Assembly (NCBI GenBank): GCA_964371355.1
Contig: CAYJMG010000017.1
Span: 10,277-74,276, forward strand
Length of the DNA: 64,000 bases
Reading direction: 5' to 3'
Source of the DNA: an uncultured Dehalococcoidia bacterium
GTDB lineage: Bacteria > Chloroflexota > Dehalococcoidia > DSTF01 > JACRBR01
The notes under the pieces are model-generated. The model worked only from the letters and a program-made list of their open reading frames with translations, was not told where the DNA came from and did not search any database. Made by a program: the position numbers and the translations under genes. Of this stretch, positions 57,443 through 64,000 are shown in pieces. How positions within the stretch are numbered: the first letter of the stretch is position 1; each line of letters opens with the position of its first letter.

Positions 57443-58683
57443 GGCGTGGGCGCCGGACCCGACCCGGCCGTGGCGTCGTTGATGTTCCCGATGAGCTGGT
57501 ACATCGGCATGATCAGCGACAGCGCCACAAAACCGACGATGAGACCCACGACCAGCGTCAGCGCGGGCGTCAGCATCGCCGCCAACGCGTCGACCTTCTG
57601 GTCTACCTCACGCGTGAAGAACGCGGCCGTGATATTGAGGTTGGCGTCCAACGTGCCCGTCTCCTCGCCCACGGCCACCATCTGGACGAGCATCGGCGGG
57701 AAGCATCTCGCGCGGGCCATGGGGCCCGAAAGCCCGTCGCCGTCGATCAGGTCGCGCCGCACGGTCTCCACCTTCTCCCGCAGGATGCTGTTGTCGGTGG
57801 TCTTGACCAGCATGTCCATGACCTCGGTCAGCGGCAGGCCCGCCCGCAGCATCAGCGAGAGCGTGCGACTAAAACGCGCCGCGTTCGCGTTGATGGTGAC
57901 GTCTTTCATCACGGGCACGGTGATCTGCAAGCGATGCAGGAACCGCTTGCCGGCCGGCTGGCCCGCCAGCAGCGTCCCCGCCAGCAGCACGAGCACCGAC
58001 ACTCCGAGGATCTGCACGCGATACGCCGCGGCGAAGTCGCTCGACGCCATCAAGAGGCGTGTCGTGATCGGCAGATCCCCGCCGAACTCGTCAAAAAGCT
58101 GGGTCAGCGCCGGCAGCGCCGTCGTCATCAGGAGGCCCGCCACGCCGACCGCCAGCACCATGATGAACGCCGGGTAGGCGAACGCCGACCGCACCCGCTT
58201 CATCACCTCGTCCTCGCGCTCCATGTAGTCGGCGAGCTGGTTCAGCATCTCCTCCAGCCGCCCCGTGCGCTCGCCCAGCTCCACCATGCGCGGGTACAGC
58301 GTCGGGAAGATAGAGGGGTAACCCCGCAGCGCGTCAGCGAACGTCGTGCCTCCACGGATCTCGCGCGCGATACCCCGGATTGCGTTCGCCAACTGCTTCG
58401 ACGCCGCCTGCTCCTCCAACAGCTCCAGGCAGCGCATGACCGGGACACCGGACTCCAGCAGGGTCGCTAGCTGGCGCGAGAAGGTGATGAGCGCGCGCTT
58501 CTTCACGCCATACAGGCTCGGCAGGATCTTCTCCAGCCCTGGCAGCTCGCGCGCCTTGCGGATACTCACCACGCGGTAGTCCGCGTCCCACAGCGCGCGC
58601 TCGGCCTGCGCCTCGTTCGGGACGTCGATCTGCCCCTGGATCTGCTCGCCCGTTGGGGCGATGGCAACGTAGCGGTACGGCAT
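57439..58683 (-). CDS. pilC: Type IV pilus platform protein PilC (GspF family, two T2SSF domains).
   Basis: GGAGG RBS before the ATG at 58683. Duplicated T2SSF domains. Three TM segments. Confidence 0.8.
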   Translation of the reverse strand: MPYRYVAIAPTGEQIQGQIDVPNEAQAERALWDADYRVVSIRKARELPGLEKILPSLYGVKKRALITFSRQLATLLESGVPVMRCLELLEEQAASKQLANAIRGIAREIRGGTTFADALRGYPSIFPTLYPRMVELGERTGRLEEMLNQLADYMEREDEVMKRVRSAFAYPAFIMVLAVGVAGLLMTTALPALTQLFDEFGGDLPITTRLLMASSDFAAAYRVQILGVSVLVLLAGTLLAGQPAGKRFLHRLQITVPVMKDVTINANAARFSRTLSLMLRAGLPLTEVMDMLVKTTDNSILREKVETVRRDLIDGDGLSGPMARARCFPPMLVQMVAVGEETGTLDANLNITAAFFTREVDQKVDALAAMLTPALTLVVGLIVGFVALSLIMPMYQLIGNINDATAGSGPAPTP

Positions 58684-58694
58684 CAGGCCCCCTC

Positions 58695-60401
58695 CTACGA
58701 GATCGAGTAGACGCTGCGGAGGATTTCCGCCGGCGTGACGACGCCCTGCTTCACCTTCAACATGCCGTCGCGCCGCATCGGGATCATGCCGTCGGCGATC
58801 GCCTGCTCGCGGATCGTGTTCGCGGACGCCCCGGCCAGCAGCAGCCGGCGTATGTCTTCGTTGAGATACAGCACCTCGTACACGCCGATGCGGCCCAGGA
58901 AGCCGGTCTCGGCACAGAGGTTGCACCCCGTGCCCCGCTTCACCACCTCCAGCGCCTCACCGACCTCCGCCTCGTATACGGCCTGCTCCTCGACCCCCGG
59001 TTTCGCGTCCGTCGCACAGTAGGTGCACACCCGCCGCACCATGCGCTGGGCGACGACGCCGATGAGCGACGAAGCGATGAGGAACGCCTCGATATCCAGG
59101 TCGGTCAGGCGCATCAGCACGCCGACCGCATCGTTCGCGTGGATGGACGAGAGGACCAGGTGCCCCGTAAGCGCCGACTGGCAGGCGATGCGCGCCGTCT
59201 CGCTGTCTCGGATCTCACCGACCAGGATCACGTCCGGGTCCAGCCGCATCAGCGAGCGCAGGCCCGTCGCGAACGTGATATCCGCCTTCTCGTTCACCTG
59301 TATCTGGTTGATCCCGTCGAACTGGTACTCGACCGGATCCTCGATCGTCACGATGTTCCGCTCGGCGTCGTTCAGCATGTTCACCGAGGCGTACAGCGTC
59401 GTCGTCTTCCCCGAGCCTGTGGGCCCGCTCACCAGCACCATCCCGAACGGAGAGCGCAGCAGCCGGATATGCCGCTCCAGCGCCGCCGGCGAGAACCCCA
59501 GCTCGCGGAGCGACATGAGCGACACGCTCTTGTCCAGCACGCGCAGCACCATCATCTCCCCGTGCACCGAATCCGACGTCGCCGCGCGCAGATCGACCCG
59601 CTTGCCTTCCACCTCGGTGCTGATCTGCCCGTCCTGCGGGCGCCGCTTCTCGGCGATGTTCATCCCCGACATCACCTTGAAACGGGAGACCAGCGGCGCG
59701 TGCACGTCGCGCGGCAGCCGCATGGACTCGTGCAGCACGCCGTCGATGCGCAGCCGCACCCGGAGCGCGTCAGCCTCCGGTTCCAGGTGGATATCCGACG
59801 CGCGGTCGCGCACCGCCTGGGCCAGCAGCAGATCCGCTGTCCGCACGATCGGCGTCTGGCTGATCTGGAGGTCCAGCTCCTGGCGCTCCGCCTGAGCCTG
59901 GCTATGCAGCGTCGAGGGGACGACCAGCCCCACCTCGCGCTCGATCTCGGACGACACGCGGTAGCTGATGTTGATTGCCCGCCGGATCTCGTCCGGAATA
60001 CCGACCGCGGGCTTGATGTCGAGCCCGGTCATCGACCGCAGCTCTTCGATGATCTGGATGTTCCCGGGATCCGCCATGACAACCAGCAGCGACCGGCCGT
60101 CGGTCTCGACGGGGATCAGGGTGTGTTCGCGGCAGATCTCGGCGGGGACGAGCTGAGTGGCCTCATGCTGGATGTTCGTCCGCATGAGGTCCAGAAACCG
60201 GAGGCCAAGCTGGGTGCTCAGCGCCAGCGCCAGCGCCTCGGCGGTGACCAGCCCCTTTTGGACGACGTACTCACCCAGGCGCATGTCCGCTTCGCGGGCC
60301 TCGGTGGCGGCCCTGGCGACGTCTTCCTCAGAGAGCAAGCCCGCCTCGACCAGCATCTGGCCGAGGCGCTTGCGGAGTGTTGCTGTTGCGGTCGCGTCCA
60401 T
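58695..60401 (-). CDS. pilB: Type IV pilus assembly ATPase PilB (GspE family).
   Basis: N-terminal T2SSE_N domain (LGQMLVEAGLLSEEDV). Walker A GPTGSGKTTTLY. A tetracysteine motif near the C-terminus. Start MDATATA at 60401. The ORF's upstream Arg-rich extension is rejected. Confidence 0.8.
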   Translation of the reverse strand: MDATATATLRKRLGQMLVEAGLLSEEDVARAATEAREADMRLGEYVVQKGLVTAEALALALSTQLGLRFLDLMRTNIQHEATQLVPAEICREHTLIPVETDGRSLLVVMADPGNIQIIEELRSMTGLDIKPAVGIPDEIRRAINISYRVSSEIEREVGLVVPSTLHSQAQAERQELDLQISQTPIVRTADLLLAQAVRDRASDIHLEPEADALRVRLRIDGVLHESMRLPRDVHAPLVSRFKVMSGMNIAEKRRPQDGQISTEVEGKRVDLRAATSDSVHGEMMVLRVLDKSVSLMSLRELGFSPAALERHIRLLRSPFGMVLVSGPTGSGKTTTLYASVNMLNDAERNIVTIEDPVEYQFDGINQIQVNEKADITFATGLRSLMRLDPDVILVGEIRDSETARIACQSALTGHLVLSSIHANDAVGVLMRLTDLDIEAFLIASSLIGVVAQRMVRRVCTYCATDAKPGVEEQAVYEAEVGEALEVVKRGTGCNLCAETGFLGRIGVYEVLYLNEDIRRLLLAGASANTIREQAIADGMIPMRRDGMLKVKQGVVTPAEILRSVYSIS

Positions 60402-60447
60402 ACGAGAGCCCCACCGGGCGGGCCGGACATCCGGTCCGCGCGGCTGT

Positions 60448-60798
60448 TTACGGGTAGGCGGCCTGCGACACCTTGCCCGCCGTGTCGACGGTGTAGGTGC
60501 CGTGCGTGGCCGTGCTGCGCATGTACGTCGGTGAGAGGCTGAAGCCGCCCGCCGCCGTCGACATGTCGCTTGTCGCCGTCGTAATCGCCGTGGTCGTCGA
60601 TGAGCTGGTGTTCGCCAGCTTGGCGTCAACGGCCGTCTGCACGATCCGAAGCTCGGCCGCGCCCGCGTTCGTCTTCGACGTGCCCAGAAGGCCGACGAAG
60701 TTCGGCAGGACGACCGCGACCAGGATCCCGAGGATCGCCACCACGATCAGGAGCTCCGTCAGCGTGAAACCCTGTTCACTGTTCAGTTTCTTCAGCAT
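60448..60798 (-). CDS. pilA: Type IV major pilin (PilA-like).
   Basis: Prepilin signal MLKKLNSEQG|FTLTELLIVVAILGILVAVV. 116 aa. First gene of the operon. Confidence 0.8.
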   Translation of the reverse strand: MLKKLNSEQGFTLTELLIVVAILGILVAVVLPNFVGLLGTSKTNAGAAELRIVQTAVDAKLANTSSSTTTAITTATSDMSTAAGGFSLSPTYMRSTATHGTYTVDTAGKVSQAAYP

Positions 60799-61001
60799 GG
60801 ACCTAATCCCCCGTGTTTAACGTCTGGATTCAAGGGCGATAGGAGGCCCTCACCGACGTTATCGACGTGTGCTCAGGGTGGTTTAGGGTCTTCCGGGCCG
60901 TTTGTTGGGAATTACCCCAACCTGAAAGCCGGGGTAACAACCTTGTGAGGCGCGCCGGGTGCAGGCACCCCGGATCGGCCGGCTGCGCCGGGTCGCGCGG
61001 G

Positions 61002-61169
61002 TCAGCGGCGGCTCCGCGGACGCGATTTCCGTTGCCGCTTCAGGATCGCGTTGCGATACACCTCGCCCAGCGTCGCCCCGTGCTTGCGCATCGCTTCCTG
61101 GCGAGCCTTGCGCCGCCGCTCGCGGCGTTCGGCGCGCGCGTCACGTGGCTCGTCGTCGTGGCCCTTCAT
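61002..61169 (-). CDS. Possible small Arg/Lys-rich protein (55 aa); very uncertain.
   Basis: ORF MKGHDDEPRDARAERRERRRKARQEAMRKHGATLGEVYRNAILKRQRKSRPRSRR. No clear RBS. Overlaps the SDR remnant. Confidence 0.15.
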   Translation of the reverse strand: MKGHDDEPRDARAERRERRRKARQEAMRKHGATLGEVYRNAILKRQRKSRPRSRR

Positions 61170-61621
61170 GGCTGCGCAGCGTGCTTGAGCCCTGCCAGGA
61201 ACTTCTTGTCGCCCTGGCACAGGTCGGCGCCGCTGTTCACGCTCTCCTTTAACAACATACGGCTGTAGAAATGCTGGCCGCTCAACGCCCTTGCGTCCTC
61301 GCCGCAGAGGTAGATCGCGGCGCGCCCCACCGCCTCCGGCCGCTCACGCATCGGGCCGACAGACGGCATGGTCTCGTCCTGCTGGTAGAAGAGGATCCCC
61401 GGCGTGGGTACCCACCCCAGCGGCGACAGCGCGAACACGCGGACGTTGTGCCCCTGCTCCTCCGCGGCCAGCCCTCTGGCCAGCTCGCGTAGCGGGTGCT
61501 TCGTCAGTATGTAGCTGATGTTCCCGGCGCCCGCCTGGCCGGCGGCGATCGACGAGATGTTGATGGCCGCTTTCCCTTCGAGCTGCTTCATGGGATGGAA
61601 CTCCCCGACCAGCACAGACAA
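61166..61621 (-). pseudogene. N-terminally truncated SDR remnant (C-terminal ~150 aa only).
   Basis: NISSIAAGQAGAGNISYILTKH (S...YxxxK) and the NVRVFALSPLGWVPTP tail are present. There is no Rossmann N-terminus and no room for one upstream. Confidence 0.45.
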
Positions 61622-61660
61622 GAGTGCCAGGCGGCCGCTTCCGTATGTTAGAGGCAGATA

Positions 61661-62203
61661 CTAGATCCGCGGCCCGCGACGCTGGTCCGGCTCCCCGCCA
61701 CCCGCGTACTTCGGCTTGTACTCCGGCTCGCGTCCGGCGATCTGGTCCCGGTGCATCCGGTCGTGCCGATAGTACGACCGAAGCCACTGCAGCACCGTCA
61801 GCCGTCCGAACATGGGCTGCGAAGCCGTGCGGTCGAACTGGCCGGGCATCATCGACTCGATGAGCTTCAGCGTCACCGTCCGCTGTTCGCGGAGCTGGGC
61901 CGTAAGCTCGACCATCGTGCGCTCCTGGGCCCCATCCAGCCGGATGACCGGGCGCTCCGGGCGTACGTCGCTCACGTCGGGGTCGTCGGCCTCCAGTGCC
62001 CGCTGCACCCACGCCCGATACGCCGTCTCCATCTCCGCCAGGTGGGCCAACTGCTGTTTCGGCGACCACTGGGCCTCACCAACGCCATCCGGCGGGGCGA
62101 ACGCGGCAGCTTCAGGGCTCAGCGCCTCAGCTTCGGCCAGGAGCGCCGCCCGCTCACTGGCCATCTTCTCCAGAAGCTCGGTGATCGCCTCGGGGTTCGC
62201 CAT
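61661..62203 (-). CDS. DinB_2/DinB-superfamily metal-binding four-helix-bundle protein.
   Basis: LAHLAEMETAY...LQWLRSYYRHDRMHRDQI His-rich motifs. The start MANPEAI at 62203 is chosen over the longer ORF. Confidence 0.55.
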   Translation of the reverse strand: MANPEAITELLEKMASERAALLAEAEALSPEAAAFAPPDGVGEAQWSPKQQLAHLAEMETAYRAWVQRALEADDPDVSDVRPERPVIRLDGAQERTMVELTAQLREQRTVTLKLIESMMPGQFDRTASQPMFGRLTVLQWLRSYYRHDRMHRDQIAGREPEYKPKYAGGGEPDQRRGPRI

Positions 62204-62334
62204 CGAACCTGTTCCTTGACAGAGCCGTTCGGCCCGAACCGGAAGCCCGCCGCTGGATCCCGCCGCGCCCGGCGTAACAACGCGCCGGTTTCCGCCGTTT
62301 GATCCGTGTGTCAAGGGTATTCGGAGATAGAGGT

Positions 62335-62583
62335 ATGGCCAAACGTGATCCTCAGCGCACCGAGAAGCTCCGCCGAGCGGTGCGGTACATGCTGGAGCAC
62401 GGAACGCTCGTCCAGGGGAGCCAGACGCGGCTGGCCGAGCACTTCAAGGTCACCCGCCAGCGTGTGCACCAGATCGTCGTCGAAGAGCGGCGCGAGGTGA
62501 TGCGCAGCGCCGGCGGCGAGAGCCCATCGTACATGGATTCAGCGACGGCCGACCCCGCACAGCCGTCGTGGAGGGCCTCATAG
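62335..62583 (+). CDS. Small HTH-like protein (tandem paralog A).
   Basis: MAKRDPQRTEKLRRAVRYMLEH...LAEHFKVTRQRVHQIVVEERRE. GAGATAGAGG upstream. Confidence 0.5.
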   Translation: MAKRDPQRTEKLRRAVRYMLEHGTLVQGSQTRLAEHFKVTRQRVHQIVVEERREVMRSAGGESPSYMDSATADPAQPSWRAS

Positions 62584-62633
62584 CCCGAGCAAACCACCCT
62601 GCCGGTTCAGTCGTAACGGAGACGAACACAACC

Positions 62634-62822
62634 ATGGCCAAGCGGGATCCACAGCGCACACAGAAGCTCCGCATCGCCGTCCGCTACCTGCTCGAGCGCG
62701 ATTGCATGGCGAAGGGCAACCAATCGAGGCTGGCCGAACACTTCAAGGTCTCTCGCCAGCGCGTGCACCAGATCGTCTGCGAGGAGCGGCAGCGCTACAG
62801 CCAGCCCAGCATGGCCGGCTGA
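62634..62822 (+). CDS. Small HTH-like protein (tandem paralog B).
   Basis: MAKRDPQRTQKLRIAVRYLLER...LAEHFKVSRQRVHQIVCEERQR. GGAGA upstream. Confidence 0.5.
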   Translation: MAKRDPQRTQKLRIAVRYLLERDCMAKGNQSRLAEHFKVSRQRVHQIVCEERQRYSQPSMAG

Positions 62823-62899
62823 GCGGGACCGCGACAGTCGAACAAACGTGAGGCGGGCCATACGCGGGCCCGCTTTGCTTGTGTCCGTACGGTCGATCC

Positions 62900-64000
62900 T
62901 CAGCCCCGAAAGCCGTGCCGCTCCGCCGTCCCCACCGCGAAGTGGTCAGTCATGCCGCTGATGTAGTCCGCAACCCGCCGCGCCAGCGGATCCTCCGCCC
63001 GCGTGTACTCCGATGCCGCGAACTCCTCCGGATGCCTCAGCAGCCTCTCCCACAGAAACTCGATGATCCGGCGTGCTCGCGCCGCTTCCGCCAGGCGCTC
63101 CTCCCACAGGTACACGTTCTCGAACATGTAGTCGCGCAGCTCGTCGGCGGCCTCGGCCACCTCGTCGCCCATGCCGATGACGGCGGGCCCACCGTCGCGC
63201 GCACGCTGGGCCACGGCCCACGACGCGTCCACGATGTCGCTGACCAGTGCATCGATGCGCTCGGAGTGCGTCTCCCCCAGCACGCGCCGGGCACGCGCCG
63301 GCAGCTCGTCGGCGCGCAGCAGGCCCGCCCGGGTCGCGTCCGCAATGTCATGGTTCAGGTACGCGACGGAATCCGCCAGACGCACGATCTGCGCCTCCAG
63401 CGTCGACGCCAGCGGCGCTCCCCACTCTTCCTCACTCCAGTACCGCTCTTCCAGCTCCTCGAAGATGCCCTCCCGCGGCTTCGAATGCTTCAGGATCCCC
63501 TCGCGCACCTCCCACGTCAGGTTCAGCCCGGCACCGGAGCCCTCCAGCAGGTCGACGATGCGCACGCTCTGCTCGTTGTGCCGGAACCCATCCGGCAGCA
63601 GCTCGCCCAGCGCCTGCTCGCCCGCGTGCCCGAACGGTGTGTGCCCCAGGTCGTGGCCCAGCGCGATCGCTTCGGTCAGGTCTTCGTTCAGCTCCAGCGC
63701 CCGCGCGATCGTCCGCGCCACCTGCGCGACCTCCAGCGTGTGCGTCAGCCGCGTGACGTAGTGGTCGCCTGCCGGCGCGATGAACACTTGCGTCTTGTGC
63801 TTCAGCCGGCGGAACGCCATGCAGTGGATGATGCGGTCGCGATCCCGCTGATACTCCGTCCGCATGTCCGATGGAGCCTCCGGCCGCACCCGGCCTCGCG
63901 TCTCGGCGGCACGCATCGCGCCGGGGGCCAGCGTTTGCTCCCGCTCCTCCAGCCGCCGGCGTACGGCTTCATGCGGCCGTCCTTGCACGCGTTCGGTCAT
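62900..64000 (-). CDS. dGTP triphosphohydrolase-like HD-domain phosphohydrolase (Dgt family). The start coincides with the window edge.
   Basis: HD motif HTLEVAQVAR...GHDLGHTPFGH...D. 366 aa to the window end. The ATG sits at 63998-64000. Confidence 0.75.
   Translation of the reverse strand: MTERVQGRPHEAVRRRLEEREQTLAPGAMRAAETRGRVRPEAPSDMRTEYQRDRDRIIHCMAFRRLKHKTQVFIAPAGDHYVTRLTHTLEVAQVARTIARALELNEDLTEAIALGHDLGHTPFGHAGEQALGELLPDGFRHNEQSVRIVDLLEGSGAGLNLTWEVREGILKHSKPREGIFEELEERYWSEEEWGAPLASTLEAQIVRLADSVAYLNHDIADATRAGLLRADELPARARRVLGETHSERIDALVSDIVDASWAVAQRARDGGPAVIGMGDEVAEAADELRDYMFENVYLWEERLAEAARARRIIEFLWERLLRHPEEFAASEYTRAEDPLARRVADYISGMTDHFAVGTAERHGFRG

Noticed and set aside
60904-60921. Short hairpin GTTGGG-AATTAC-CCCAAC in the pilA upstream region.
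   Set aside because: A 6-bp stem is too short to assign as operator or terminator without comparative data.
1-64000. CRISPR arrays, rRNA genes, IS elements.
   Set aside because: No spacer-repeat periodicity, no rRNA-like conserved stretches and no transposase-like ORFs were seen. The only mobile-element gene is the tyrosine integrase.

Overview
This is a ~70% GC window, and most long reverse-frame ORFs in the six-frame track are GC artefacts. I call about 60 genes from motifs read directly in the translations. The organism looks monoderm: there is an LPXTG-type sorting signal, and a type IV pilus operon with no secretin or prepilin peptidase. Contents from start to end: (1) 1-4194, the right end of an integrated element inserted at tRNA-Gly(CCC), carrying a tyrosine integrase, a C5-cytosine DNA methyltransferase, a Mig/MutY-like HhH-GPD glycosylase and a 5'-truncated unknown gene. 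(2) 4661-31574, a ~27 kb Wzx/Wzy-dependent glycan locus. It holds a fused Wzc-type tyrosine autokinase, a small LPXTG Ig-like protein, a fused HddC-GmhA plus HddA (GDP-heptose), RfbF/RfbG (CDP-6-deoxyhexose), a dead large phosphoglycosyltransferase next to a live small one, six GT4 and one GT2 glycosyltransferases, and five SAM methyltransferases. (3) 31587-36670, a NAD-type formate dehydrogenase (NuoE-NuoF fused beta, alpha) with mobA. (4) 36937-38097, an eRF1/Pelota-like (baeRF) protein with a variant GGQ loop. (5) 38874-47191, a redox/copper/stress cluster: two cupredoxins, a 2-domain multicopper oxidase, a diiron ferritin-like protein, an SDR, two USP paralogs, a PAS-histidine kinase/NarL pair and a lone receiver. 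(6) 47210-48526, a rhamnulokinase-like FGGY kinase. (7) 48532-60798, a translationally coupled type IV pilus operon: pilA, pilB, pilC, a minor pilin, an 855-aa pilin-headed PA14 adhesin, an unknown, PilO-like, PilM, PilN, PilT, and a terminal DUF2723/TMEM260-like GT-C glycosyltransferase. (8) 60800-64000, an SDR remnant, a DinB_2 protein, two tandem small HTH paralogs and a dGTPase at the window edge. The most novel candidate is the pilus operon: a giant pilin-like PA14 adhesin with Thr/Pro-rich linkers, sitting in the same operon as a putative protein-O-mannosyltransferase-like GT-C.
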